From Candidatus Stercoripulliclostridium sp. (GTDB lineage: Bacteria; Bacillota; Clostridia; Christensenellales; DTU072): DNA of 64,000 bases. The DNA lies in the NCBI GenBank assembly GCA_045577735.1, contig JAZNIY010000004.1:40564-104563 (forward strand). Direction: 5' to 3'. Each line of letters begins with the position of its first letter. Within the stretch, counting starts at the first letter, position 1. The translations under genes were made by a program, and so were the position numbers. The notes under the pieces are model-generated. The model did not search any database, was not told the DNA's origin, and saw nothing but the letters and a program-made list of their open reading frames with translations. Shown here in pieces: positions 18,385 through 27,799 of this stretch.

Positions 18385-19700
18385 TGGCATTATTCGGTAG
18401 TTTGTCAGAAAAAATTAATCACGCGTTTTCTAAGCTTAAAAACAAGGGCGCATTGACTGAGTTGGAGATTAAAAACGCTATGCGTGAAGTTCGCGTTGCT
18501 TTGTTGGAAGCTGACGTAAACTTTATGGTTGCAAAGCAATTCATTAATAAAGTATCTGAAAAGGCTATTGGTGAAAATATTCTTAAAGGCCTGGAGAGTT
18601 CACAACAAGTTATTAAAATTGTTAATGATGAGTTGATTGAGCTTATGGGTAGCAAACATCAAAAACTAACCGTTAGTGACAGACCACCAACGGTTTATAT
18701 GATGTGTGGCTTACAAGGTGCTGGTAAAACTACGATGTGTGGTAAACTGGCTGGCATTCTAAAAAAGGATAATAAGAAGGTTCTTTTGGTTGCTGGTGAT
18801 ATATATCGCCCCGCGGCTATCAAGCAATTACAAGTTGTTGGTGAAAAGGTCGGCGTAGAAGTATTTGAAAGAGGACAAATTTCACCTGTTAAAATTGCTA
18901 AGGAAGCAATAGAATACGCAAAACAACAAGGGCTCGATACCGTTATAATAGATACGGCCGGCCGTTTGCATATTGATGAAACTCTTATGCAAGAATTGCG
19001 TGATATAAAGGCAAGCGTAAATCCACAAGAAATTTTGTTAGTAGTCGACAGCATGCTTGGTCAAGATTCTGTTAACGTTGCTTCAACTTTTAACAAGGAA
19101 CTTGACATTAGTGGTGTTATCCTTACCAAACTAGATGGTGATACTAGAGGCGGTGCAGCTCTTTCTATCAAGGCAATTTGTGGAAAACCCATTAAATATA
19201 TCGGTGTAGGTGAAAAAATTACGGATATTGAGCCTTTCCATCCCGATAGAATGGCCTCTAGAATTTTAGGAATGGGTGACGTTTTGACGCTAATTGAAAA
19301 GGCACAAAACGCTATTACCGAAGAAGATGCTTTGAAGATGGCCAAAAAGATGAAAGAAAATTCTTTTGACTTGGAAGACTATCTTGAGCAATTAAGTAAT
19401 ATGAAAAAAATGGGAAGCATGAAAGATATGATCGATATGATTCCCGGCATGAGTCGTCAATTGAAAGGACAAGACCTCAATGTTGATGAAAAGCAATTGG
19501 AAAAAACAAAAGCAATAATTCTTTCCATGACAGTAAAGGAAAGAAGAAATCCATCAATTCTTAACGCATCAAGAAGGCGCAGGATTGCAAAGGGGAGTGG
19601 AACCCAAGTTCAAGACGTAAATAGGCTCTTAAACCAATTTGAGCAGACAAAACAAATGATGAAAAGAATTAGCTCGGGTAAATTTAAGTTCCCGTTCTAG
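18384..19700 (+). CDS. ffh: Signal recognition particle protein Ffh
   Basis: It has GLQGAGKTTMCGKLA, DTAGRL, TKLDGDTRGGAALS and a Met-rich M domain. Confidence 0.96.
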   Translation: MALFGSLSEKINHAFSKLKNKGALTELEIKNAMREVRVALLEADVNFMVAKQFINKVSEKAIGENILKGLESSQQVIKIVNDELIELMGSKHQKLTVSDRPPTVYMMCGLQGAGKTTMCGKLAGILKKDNKKVLLVAGDIYRPAAIKQLQVVGEKVGVEVFERGQISPVKIAKEAIEYAKQQGLDTVIIDTAGRLHIDETLMQELRDIKASVNPQEILLVVDSMLGQDSVNVASTFNKELDISGVILTKLDGDTRGGAALSIKAICGKPIKYIGVGEKITDIEPFHPDRMASRILGMGDVLTLIEKAQNAITEEDALKMAKKMKENSFDLEDYLEQLSNMKKMGSMKDMIDMIPGMSRQLKGQDLNVDEKQLEKTKAIILSMTVKERRNPSILNASRRRRIAKGSGTQVQDVNRLLNQFEQTKQMMKRISSGKFKFPF

Positions 19701-19746
19701 ATAAAAAAACAAAACAAATTAAACAAATAATTGGAGGACACTAATT

Positions 19747-20085
19747 ATGGCAGTAAAACTCAGACTTCACAGAATGGGCAAGAAAAAGAGCCCCGTTTAT
19801 CGTATCGTAGCTATCGACTCTAGAAAATCCAGAGACGGCGAATACATTGAACAAATCGGTTTCTACAACCCCAAGACCGAACCCGCAACCATCAAGGTAG
19901 ACGTTGAACTAACCAAAAAATGGATTGCTAACGGCGCACAACCCACTGATACCGTTCGTGATATTCTTGTAAACGAAGGCATCATTGCTGGTTCTTCTAA
20001 ATATGCTAAGAAAGCAGTTGAAGCAGAAGAAGTTAACGCTGTTGACGCAGCAGTTGAAGCAGCTGTTGCAAGAATCGAGGACTAA
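19747..20085 (+). CDS. rpsP: 30S ribosomal protein S16 (with Ala/Glu-rich C-terminal tail)
   Basis: The product begins [22 protein letters not shown] and contains GFYNP. At 112 aa it is longer than the usual core. Confidence 0.93.
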   Translation: MAVKLRLHRMGKKKSPVYRIVAIDSRKSRDGEYIEQIGFYNPKTEPATIKVDVELTKKWIANGAQPTDTVRDILVNEGIIAGSSKYAKKAVEAEEVNAVDAAVEAAVARIED

Positions 20086-20091
20086 TAATTT

Positions 20092-20328
20092 ATGTCCATT
20101 CGCGATTTTGTAGACTTTTTGGTCAAACAAATTGTCGATGAAGAATGTTATGAGATCGTTATGTTGGAAGACAACGATAACGTCGAAATAAAGGTTCTAG
20201 TCGATAAAAACAAAGTAGCAAGACTTATTGGAAAATCAGGCAGATTGGCTAAATCTATAAGAACTATAGTTAAAGCAGCCGCTCAAAATTCCGATAAGCG
20301 CTACGACATATATATTGAAGAAAGATAA
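20092..20328 (+). CDS. KH-domain RNA-binding protein (YlqC family)
   Basis: The 78-aa product has the LIGKSGRLAKSIRTIV KH motif. Its position between rpsP and rimM is canonical. Confidence 0.88.
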   Translation: MSIRDFVDFLVKQIVDEECYEIVMLEDNDNVEIKVLVDKNKVARLIGKSGRLAKSIRTIVKAAAQNSDKRYDIYIEER

Positions 20329-20825
20329 TGCTTAAAATAGGCAAAGCCATAAGGGCACATGGTATTAGAGGGGACGTAAAAATCTTTTATGGACTTGATC
20401 AAGTTGAACTCAAGTCTATTAAAGCTATGGTTATTAACTCTAAAAAGTATCAAGTTGAAAAAATCAATTTTGGTAATGGATGTGCTTACGTTAAGTTTAA
20501 AGGTGTCAATGATAGAGACGTTGCGGACGTGTTGAGAGGTGATATATTTGTCGATGACGAAAATCGCCCAACACTTCCCAGCGGAACCTATTACATTGAC
20601 GATTTGGTAGGGCTCTACGTTGTCGTTGACGATGTCAAAGTTGGCGTATTGCGTGAAATTTTACAATATGGTGCGGCTGACGTTTATTGTGTTGACGGTA
20701 TAGACGGCAATAAGAATTTTATGTTTCCACATAAATTGGGCGTCATATCACAATACGATATTCAAAATAAAAGCATTATACTTTCTCAAAGCGAGTTAGA
20801 GAAAGTAGCCGTTTATGAGAATTAG
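20328..20825 (+). CDS. rimM: 16S rRNA processing protein RimM
   Basis: The product shows IGKAIRAHGIRGDVKI and a PRC-barrel C-terminus. It has a TAATG overlap with the KH gene and precedes trmD. Confidence 0.88.
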   Translation: MLKIGKAIRAHGIRGDVKIFYGLDQVELKSIKAMVINSKKYQVEKINFGNGCAYVKFKGVNDRDVADVLRGDIFVDDENRPTLPSGTYYIDDLVGLYVVVDDVKVGVLREILQYGAADVYCVDGIDGNKNFMFPHKLGVISQYDIQNKSIILSQSELEKVAVYEN

Positions 20826-21489
20826 CGTACTAACCCTTTTTCCCGAAATGTATTCGGTGCTTAATGAAAGCATCATTGGCAAAGCTCTTGAAAAGGAGCT
20901 TTTTTCCGTTGATGTCCATAATATTCGTGATTACTCTACTAATAAGCACAAAAAGTGTGATGATTACCCATTTGGTGGGGGTGTAGGCATGGTTATGACG
21001 CCTCAACCTTTGCATGATTCTATTACCGCCGTTGATCCTAATCACAGCGCCGTCAGAATTTATTTGAGTCCCAAGGGAAAAACCTTGAATCAAGCACTAG
21101 TGAAGGAGTTGGCCTCTTTTGATCACATTATGCTTATTAATGGCAGTTACGAGGGAATCGACGAAAGGATTATAGAATTGGACGTTGATAGAGAATTGTC
21201 AATAGGGGATTACGTTTTAACAAGTGGTGATTTGGCTAGTTTGGTTGTAATTAATACCGTTGCAAGATATATCCCTTCGGTACTAGGTTCAGAAGAATCA
21301 ACCCAAGAAGAGAGTTTTTCGGAAGGAACTCTTGAATATCCCCAATATACAAGACCTCAAGAGTTTATGGGGCTAAAAGTACCAGATGTTTTGCTTTCTG
21401 GTAACCACGCTGAAATTGCTAAATGGCGTAGACAACAAAGTCAAAAAATAACAGCCGAAAGACGCCCTGATTTATCTAATAAGGATTAA
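20815..21489 (+). CDS. trmD: tRNA (guanine37-N1)-methyltransferase
   Basis: The ISVLTLFPEM, DDYPFGGGVGMVM, GSYEGIDERI and LSGNHAEIAKWR motifs are present. Confidence 0.95.
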   Translation: MRISVLTLFPEMYSVLNESIIGKALEKELFSVDVHNIRDYSTNKHKKCDDYPFGGGVGMVMTPQPLHDSITAVDPNHSAVRIYLSPKGKTLNQALVKELASFDHIMLINGSYEGIDERIIELDVDRELSIGDYVLTSGDLASLVVINTVARYIPSVLGSEESTQEESFSEGTLEYPQYTRPQEFMGLKVPDVLLSGNHAEIAKWRRQQSQKITAERRPDLSNKD

Positions 21490-21492
21490 GAA

Positions 21493-22341
21493 ATGTTTAT
21501 TCACTGGTTTCCTGGTCATATGACCAAAGCGATAAGAATGATGAGCGAAGAGATAAAGGTCGTGGATTGTGTTATCTATGTTCTTGATGCTCGTGCGCCA
21601 CAATCATGCATTAACCCTGCTTTTGATGAAGTGATTGGTTCAAAACCACGGCTTTATGTGCTAAATAAGGCAGATATGGTATCCCAAAAAGAAGTTATTA
21701 AGTGGGTTGATAAATTCCGCAGAGACGGATTTAAATGCATTTATAGTAATTCCATATCTAAAGCCGATGCACCGGTTATTGTCAAGAACCTACTTGATTT
21801 GAACGAGGATTTAATAGAGAGATATCATCAAAAGGGTGTTAATAAAACCGTTAGAGCCATGGTAATTGGTGTTCCAAATTGTGGAAAATCTACCCTCATT
21901 AATAGCTTGGTCAAAGAAAAGAAAACAGTTACGGGAAATAAACCCGGAGTTACTCGTGGAAAGCAATGGGTTGCTATAGGTGATTATATTGAATTGCTCG
22001 ATAGCCCCGGTGTGCTTTATCCTGACTTTAAAGACCAAGAAAAAGCTATGCGCTTAGCATTAATCGGTAGTGTTAAAGAGGACGTTGTTGACGTTGCTGA
22101 ACTGGCTCTTGAAACAATTAAGTTCTATTTATCGATGTATCCGGATGATCTAATTAACAGATACAAATTGGATTCATTGCACGATAGGACTCCTTTGGAA
22201 GTGATGGAAGATATTGGAAAAAAACGTGGTGTGATTATGCGTGGTGGTGAACTTGACTACGAGCGCATAGCTAAAATAATTATTTCCGATTTTCGAAAGG
22301 GTTACTTGGGTAAGCATCCATTGGAGAGTGTTGATGGCTGA
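21493..22341 (+). CDS. rbgA: Ribosome biogenesis GTPase A (YlqF)
   Basis: It has IHWFPGHMTKA, circularly permuted GTPase motifs (NKADM; GVPNCGKST) and DSPGVL. Confidence 0.93.
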   Translation: MFIHWFPGHMTKAIRMMSEEIKVVDCVIYVLDARAPQSCINPAFDEVIGSKPRLYVLNKADMVSQKEVIKWVDKFRRDGFKCIYSNSISKADAPVIVKNLLDLNEDLIERYHQKGVNKTVRAMVIGVPNCGKSTLINSLVKEKKTVTGNKPGVTRGKQWVAIGDYIELLDSPGVLYPDFKDQEKAMRLALIGSVKEDVVDVAELALETIKFYLSMYPDDLINRYKLDSLHDRTPLEVMEDIGKKRGVIMRGGELDYERIAKIIISDFRKGYLGKHPLESVDG

Positions 22342-22930
22342 TTTGCTTGTTATTGAAAGAGCCTTATTGGCTCAAGGCTGTAATTTTATTTGTGGAGTAG
22401 ATGAAGCTGGTCGTGGTCCACTTGCTGGCCCAGTATGTGCTGGTGCTTGTATTCCGGATTTATCAAATCTTATTGCCGGCGTTAATGATTCGAAAAAACT
22501 CACTGAGAGAAAAAGAGAATTATTGTACGAGCCGTTAAAAGAAGCTTGTTTTTCACATAGAACTGTTTTCGTGGATGCAGAAACAATTGATGAAATAAAC
22601 ATCCTTAATGCAACAAAACAAGCAATGCGTGAAGCAATTTTAAGTATGTTTCCTTTTCCGGATATGGTTCTAATTGATGCTGTAAAGCTCGATTTACCAT
22701 ATAAATCGCAATCAATTATTCATGGAGACGCTGTGAGTTATTGTATTGCCGCCGCTTCTATTTTTGCAAAAGTAGAACGTGATAGGTTGATGTTAGAATA
22801 TGCGGAAAAGTATCCAGAATATGGTTTTGAAAGTCACAAAGGATACGGCTCCAAACATCATATTGAGATGTTAAAGAAATATGGTCCTTGCCCCATCCAT
22901 AGGAAAACGTTTATAAAAAATTTTTTTTGA
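22334..22930 (+). CDS. rnhB: Ribonuclease HII
   Basis: The GVDEAGRGPLAGPV and DSKKL motifs are present. I prefer the ATG at 22334 (GGAGAG RBS) to the track GTG at 22328. Confidence 0.92.
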   Translation: MADLLVIERALLAQGCNFICGVDEAGRGPLAGPVCAGACIPDLSNLIAGVNDSKKLTERKRELLYEPLKEACFSHRTVFVDAETIDEINILNATKQAMREAILSMFPFPDMVLIDAVKLDLPYKSQSIIHGDAVSYCIAAASIFAKVERDRLMLEYAEKYPEYGFESHKGYGSKHHIEMLKKYGPCPIHRKTFIKNFF

Positions 22931-23295
22931 ATAGATTTATGGATATTGACGCACGTGGAATTTTAGCCGAACATAATGCGGCGAAGTTACTGCAAGAAAA
23001 GGGTTATACGGTTTTGGATATGAACGTAAACTACCCCAAGATAGGGGAGTTGGATATTGTATGCAAGAAGAATAAGACCCTCGTTATTGTGGAAGTAAAA
23101 TATCGTTCCAACAAAGATATGGGTGATCCTATAGAAAGTGTAACTAAAAGCAAGGTGTCAAAAATCATAAAAGCTACTGAACGTTATATATTAGAGCATA
23201 ATATGGAAAACTATGAAGTCAGATTCGATATTATCGCAGATAGGGACGGTATTCAGGAGCATATTGAAGATGCTTTTTACGGGTATTGGAACTAG
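22927..23295 (+). CDS. yraN: YraN-family (UPF0102) endonuclease-like protein
   Basis: The product has AEHNAAKLLQEKGYTVLDMN..GELDIVC...VIVEVKYR. The start could be the TTG at 22927 or the ATG at 22939. Confidence 0.85.
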   Translation: MNRFMDIDARGILAEHNAAKLLQEKGYTVLDMNVNYPKIGELDIVCKKNKTLVIVEVKYRSNKDMGDPIESVTKSKVSKIIKATERYILEHNMENYEVRFDIIADRDGIQEHIEDAFYGYWN

Positions 23296-23335
23296 AAAAA
23301 TAATTTAATAATATTTTTATTATATTTATTATATA

Positions 23336-23367
23336 AAGTGCGTTAAAACAGTTGCGTACTTTTTTTG
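23336..23367 (+). terminator. Probable intrinsic terminator after yraN
   Basis: AAGTGCG / GCGTACTT stem (7 bp including one G-U pair) with a 10-nt loop, followed by T7. Confidence 0.45.
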
Positions 23368-23380
23368 TTTTTGGTAATAT
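23352..23380 (+). promoter_or_regulatory. Putative sigma-A promoter for rplS, embedded in the yraN terminator
   Basis: TTGCGT (23352-23357), a 17-nt spacer ending in TGG, then TAATAT (23375-23380). Confidence 0.5.
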
Positions 23381-23386
23381 ATTTAA

Positions 23387-23463
23387 GACTTTGTAACGGA
23401 CCTATGCGAGAGAAAAAATCCAAGCCTCGTACGTACGTTATTGTGTAAAACAGGAGGTAAGTC
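23387..23463 (+). promoter_or_regulatory. Candidate structured 5' leader of rplS (possible L19 autoregulatory leader)
   Basis: The leader is about 75 nt, with possible helices GUAACG/CGUUAU and GCGAG/CUCGU and a CGTACGTACG palindrome (23428-23437). No covariance check is possible here. Confidence 0.25.
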
Positions 23464-23832
23464 ATGAACATTATCGACATTATCGAACAAGAAGGCATGA
23501 GAAAGGATTTGCCCGAACTCAGAGTTGGCGACACCGTTGTTGTCTACGTTAAGGTTGTTGAAGGTAACCGTGAAAGAGTACAAGCTTATGAAGGCACTCT
23601 AATCGCTCGTAAGAACAGCAGTATTCGTGAAACCATCACCGTTCGTCACATCACCAAGAGTGGTGGCTTTGGCGTAGAAAGAACTTTCCCCTTACATTCC
23701 CCTAAAATCGATCATATCGAAGTAAAACAAAGAGGTTATGTAAGAAGAGCAAAGCTTTACTACCTAAGAGAACGTAGCGGTAAGTCTGCAAAGGTAAGAC
23801 CTGCTAAAAACGCTGTAAAGAACGATAAATAA
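23464..23832 (+). CDS. rplS: 50S ribosomal protein L19
   Basis: The [39 protein letters not shown] and RRAKLYYLR segments are present. It has a strong AGGAGG RBS. Confidence 0.95.
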   Translation: MNIIDIIEQEGMRKDLPELRVGDTVVVYVKVVEGNRERVQAYEGTLIARKNSSIRETITVRHITKSGGFGVERTFPLHSPKIDHIEVKQRGYVRRAKLYYLRERSGKSAKVRPAKNAVKNDK

Positions 23833-23843
23833 TCACGATAGTT

Positions 23844-23869
23844 GACCGCGCTCTTTTAAGGGCGCGGTC
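23844..23869 (+). terminator. GC-rich hairpin after rplS (weak terminator or processing site, no T-tract)
   Basis: GACCGCGC / GCGCGGTC 8-bp stem with a 10-nt loop. The downstream sequence is not T-rich. Confidence 0.4.
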
Positions 23870-23901
23870 GTATTCACCTCTACCCAATTTCAGGAGCAGA
23901 A

Positions 23902-26199
23902 ATGAAAAAAATTATTTTACTAGTGGCTGTTATTGCCATTGCTGCAACCGTACTTTTAACTGGTTGTACTACAACGCCCGTTAGCAACTATAACGAGCAA
24001 GTTTTAACTTTCAGTAACGAAAGTAAAAACTTCAACTATACGGGTGAAAATGAAGACGTTAAAACCGATTGGTCATTTGAGGCTGGTAATGGTGCTGCAA
24101 CATCTTCCGTATTTAGCTCAAGTGCAAACGGATTGAAAATCAACACTCAAAATGCTGGATACGCTTCGGCAAGTCAAAAGATCTATTTGAAGCGTTATGC
24201 ATATTACAAAGTAACCTATACTTACGATATGGATTCCATTGCTGAGTATAGTACTGAAGATGATATTAAGTCTTGGGTTGGTCTATATCTTGGATTTAAA
24301 GAAGATCCCGCCTTCAATACCGGTGATAAGAACTCTGAAGTACGTAACGTAACTAGCAGTTACGTAACTGATACGTTCTATTTTAAGACGGATGGTACAA
24401 AAGAGTATAATTTTGCTATTTTCGTAGGATCTGAAGCAGAACCTGTTAGTGCAGTTGTATTTATCAAAGACGTTCAAATTACTCGTGTTACAGAAACAGA
24501 GGCAACTGAAAGTGGTGAAGCGTATGGTTTCTATGAACTAAAGAGTCAAGTATACGGTCAAGCAACAACTTTAAATATCACTTATGTTATTTTAGGCGCA
24601 GTTGCTACCTTGGTCCTTGCATACGTTGCATACGTTATTCGCTCAAGAAGTCTTGCTTTTGATGGTGTTGAAAGTGGTAATAAGTTCTTTAACACTTTGA
24701 AAGATTCTAAGTGGCTAGGCATGGTCATTACTCTTGGTGTAGCAGCTTTAATACGTTTAGTAATAATGCTGACAGAAACCCTAATTGCTGGAAGCAATAG
24801 TATTTCTTCAAGTTTCTTTGGATATGATCTAGAAGAGAATGCTACCATCGGTGGCTGGCTTGCTAACTATTCCGCACCTTACTTGTATGAATACAATACA
24901 ACGTTTACTTCGTTGATGCCCGTATCATTGTATCTTTCTACATTCGCTGGTTTAATCGGTAGGGCATTCCACGCAATGGGCGCTCAACCCAGTGTAGTAT
25001 CTCTTACAGTCGTTGCAATGATAAAGATTATGGGCATTGCTGCAGATTTAGGCGCAATTGCATTAATCTATAACATAATCGCTAAAAAGCAAGGTAGAGT
25101 TGGTGCTACTATTATGGCAACATTCTATTCCTTAATTCCTATGATGTTTGCAATGTCTTCGGCATGGGGGTCATTCGAGAGTATCACTGTTTTCTTATTG
25201 GTTCTAGGAATATGGTTCCTACTTAACAAGAAGAGCTACTTAGGCATGGCTATTTCATATTTTGTAGCTTGCATGACCACTGTTTCTGCAATCTACGTTG
25301 CACCTGCTATGCTAATGTACACTGGCTATATAGTTTATAGGGCAATAAAAGATAAGAAATATACCGATCTTATTGCACCAATAGCAACTATAGTTGGAAG
25401 CATAATAGTTTGTTATCTTATTACACTTCCCTTCGTATTTAACGAAGTAGCAGGAGGGGAAGCCTTTGCCGGATTTACTAGATATATTGATACTCTTAAA
25501 GGTCAATCTGTTTATACCGCAAACGCATTTAACTTCCAAGGCTTATTAGGTAATAACTTTAAAGTAGTTGGCTTGCAATCTATTTTCGTAACCATACTTT
25601 ATATCGCATTCATAGTAGTATTGGTTGGTGTTGCGTACTATAGAAGCAGAAATAGAATAGATTTAACGTTAGTCGCAGCAACTTGTGTTATTGCTTTCTG
25701 GACGTTTGCTAATAATATGAGCTATTACTCCTTGTATGTCGCTCTACCTTTACTATTTATTGTTAGTGCTATCATTAAGGACACTCGTTTGTATGTAGCA
25801 TTCGTTATTTATGCAATACTAGCATACGTTAATGCTTCATACGTATATCTTGTTGCTGGATATACCAACAATGGCGTAGTTGCTGTTTCTAACGACGTAA
25901 CTGTAATAGTTTATATTATGGGTTCACTCAGTTTGGTCGCTGCTGTATACTACGTGGTTGTTGCATATGACATATTGATGAATAAGAAGGCTATGGAGCA
26001 AGCACCAATCACCGTTCCTTACGTTGAATACGTTAAATACACCTTCTTTAAGGTTCTATCAAAGTTGAAACTTGGTGCATCTAAGACCAGCGCATTCTTC
26101 CAAGCGACCGGCGAAGCGATAAAAGAAGTCGCGGAAGAAAGAAAGGTCAAGAGGACAGCTCGTAAGGAAGTAAATGAAGAGGAGTCCGAAAATAATTAA
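23902..26199 (+). CDS. Lipobox-anchored beta-sandwich/CBM-like ectodomain fused to a polytopic GT-C-like (Gpi18/PMT_2-like) membrane protein, a putative glycosyltransferase
   Basis: The signal peptide has lipobox LLTGC (Cys22). A roughly 200-aa soluble domain follows, then at least 12 hydrophobic segments. The acidic motif YDLEEN sits in the first predicted external loop, and the C-terminal tail is charged. The functional call is pattern-based only. Confidence 0.5.
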   Translation: MKKIILLVAVIAIAATVLLTGCTTTPVSNYNEQVLTFSNESKNFNYTGENEDVKTDWSFEAGNGAATSSVFSSSANGLKINTQNAGYASASQKIYLKRYAYYKVTYTYDMDSIAEYSTEDDIKSWVGLYLGFKEDPAFNTGDKNSEVRNVTSSYVTDTFYFKTDGTKEYNFAIFVGSEAEPVSAVVFIKDVQITRVTETEATESGEAYGFYELKSQVYGQATTLNITYVILGAVATLVLAYVAYVIRSRSLAFDGVESGNKFFNTLKDSKWLGMVITLGVAALIRLVIMLTETLIAGSNSISSSFFGYDLEENATIGGWLANYSAPYLYEYNTTFTSLMPVSLYLSTFAGLIGRAFHAMGAQPSVVSLTVVAMIKIMGIAADLGAIALIYNIIAKKQGRVGATIMATFYSLIPMMFAMSSAWGSFESITVFLLVLGIWFLLNKKSYLGMAISYFVACMTTVSAIYVAPAMLMYTGYIVYRAIKDKKYTDLIAPIATIVGSIIVCYLITLPFVFNEVAGGEAFAGFTRYIDTLKGQSVYTANAFNFQGLLGNNFKVVGLQSIFVTILYIAFIVVLVGVAYYRSRNRIDLTLVAATCVIAFWTFANNMSYYSLYVALPLLFIVSAIIKDTRLYVAFVIYAILAYVNASYVYLVAGYTNNGVVAVSNDVTVIVYIMGSLSLVAAVYYVVVAYDILMNKKAMEQAPITVPYVEYVKYTFFKVLSKLKLGASKTSAFFQATGEAIKEVAEERKVKRTARKEVNEEESENN

Positions 26200-26215
26200 T
26201 AATGTAATTATTAAC

Positions 26216-26246
26216 AAGCAGAGCCGATAAAACGGCTCTCGCTTGC
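26216..26246 (+). terminator. Hairpin after the GT-C-like membrane gene (no clear T-tract)
   Basis: AAGCAGAGCCG / CGGCTCTCGCTT stem with a one-base bulge and a 6-nt loop, followed by GCTATTTGG. Confidence 0.4.
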
Positions 26247-26263
26247 TATTTGGAGAAACTTAG

Positions 26264-27799
26264 ATGTTGGCAACAGTTAAAAGTTTTGCGTTAGACGGCT
26301 TGAACGGATACCCCGTTGACATTGAAGTGGACACCCAAAAAGGTGTTGCTTCTTTTGATATTGTTGGGTTGCCTTCAAGCGCGGTGAAAGAGTCGCGAAA
26401 TAGAGTGCGTGCCGCAATTAAAAATTCGTTTTTTGAGTTTTCTCCTAGACGTACTACCGTGAATATGGCTCCTGCTGACATAAAAAAAGAAGGATCATCT
26501 TTTGATTTGCCCATTGCCATTGGTTTTTTAGCAAGTACGGAACAAATTAAGCTTGATAAAATTACTGATTTTGTGCTTGTTGGAGAACTTTCTCTTGATG
26601 GTAGTGTTAGAAAGATAAACGGGTTACTTCCAATACTTATTTCAGCGCTTCAAAGTGGTTATAAAAAGTTTATTATTCCTTTTGAGAACGCTTTAGAAGC
26701 TAGTTATATTGAAGGAATAGAAGTATATCCAATAAAAACCCTAGTGCAAGCATGTGCATTTATTGGTGGATTTGCTAAAGTAGATACAGTAGCTTACAAG
26801 AATTATTTTAGCGAATCTAACGCAAATAAATATGACGTAGATTTAAAGTACGTTAAGGGGCAAAAGATCGCTAAACGTGCTTTAGAAATCGCCGTAGCAG
26901 GTGGGCACAACATATTGATGAGTGGCCAAGCAGGCGCTGGTAAGACGCTTTTAGCAAAATGTGTGCCTACAATTATGCCAGAAATGACCTTTTCAGAGGC
27001 TATTGAGACTACTAAAATTCATAGCGTAGCTGGGGTGTTGGATGCTGAACAAGGAATAGTTAAAACTAGACCATTTAGAAGTCCTCACCATACTGCAAGC
27101 CTAATGAGTTTGGTTGGTGGTGGCGCTCAAAGTAGATGTGGCGAAGTAAGTCTTGCCCATAATGGTGTTTTGTTTTTGGATGAGATGCCAGAATATAATA
27201 AGAAAACGTTAGAAACCCTACGTCAACCATTAGAAGATGGTGTGGTGAGCGTTACACGCGTTGCGCGTACCATAGAATATCCTGCGCGCTTTATGTTAGT
27301 AGCTAGCATGAATCCTTGTCCTTGTGGTAATTATGGTTCACGAGATCCCAACAAGCCATGCACTTGTAGCATTCAAGAAAGACGTAGGTATCAAAATAAG
27401 ATTTCTGGGCCATTGCTTGATAGAATTGATCTTTATGTTCAAGTGGGTGGCGTAGAGTATGATGAGCTACGCAATCAAATCGATGAGGAAAGTAGCGCGG
27501 CTGTAAAGGAGAGAGTGGAAAGAGCTCGTGAGATACAAAGAAAACGATTTATGGGATCGGGCATTAACGTAAATGCTGAAATGAATAATCGTATGATTAA
27601 CGAGTACTGTAAACTTGATGATGATTCAGAAAAGCTGATGAAGTTAGCGTTTAAAAACCAAAGTTTAAGTGCTAGAAGCTTTACTAGAATATTAAAAGTA
27701 GCACGGACCATAGCCGATTTAGCAGGTCGAGAAGATATTCAGCTTAATGACGTTGCTGAAGCAATACAATATAAAACGAAGGACTTAAGCAATGATTAG
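26264..27799 (+). CDS. comM: YifB/ComM family Mg-chelatase-like AAA+ ATPase
   Basis: It has an N-terminal Lon-protease-like domain (MAPADIKKEGSSFDLPIAIG), Walker A GQAGAGKT, Walker B FLDEMPE and a Cys cluster MNPCPCGNYG. Confidence 0.92.
   Translation: MLATVKSFALDGLNGYPVDIEVDTQKGVASFDIVGLPSSAVKESRNRVRAAIKNSFFEFSPRRTTVNMAPADIKKEGSSFDLPIAIGFLASTEQIKLDKITDFVLVGELSLDGSVRKINGLLPILISALQSGYKKFIIPFENALEASYIEGIEVYPIKTLVQACAFIGGFAKVDTVAYKNYFSESNANKYDVDLKYVKGQKIAKRALEIAVAGGHNILMSGQAGAGKTLLAKCVPTIMPEMTFSEAIETTKIHSVAGVLDAEQGIVKTRPFRSPHHTASLMSLVGGGAQSRCGEVSLAHNGVLFLDEMPEYNKKTLETLRQPLEDGVVSVTRVARTIEYPARFMLVASMNPCPCGNYGSRDPNKPCTCSIQERRRYQNKISGPLLDRIDLYVQVGGVEYDELRNQIDEESSAAVKERVERAREIQRKRFMGSGINVNAEMNNRMINEYCKLDDDSEKLMKLAFKNQSLSARSFTRILKVARTIADLAGREDIQLNDVAEAIQYKTKDLSND

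Noticed and set aside
22328-22930. Possible alternative genetic code (TGA read as Trp), given the AT-rich, compact, Mollicutes-like appearance.
   Set aside because: TGA ends well-aligned genes at the expected C-termini (rbgA at 22339-22341, rnhB at 22928-22930). Conserved tryptophans are encoded by TGG, for example the WCGPC motif of trxA. The standard bacterial code fits.
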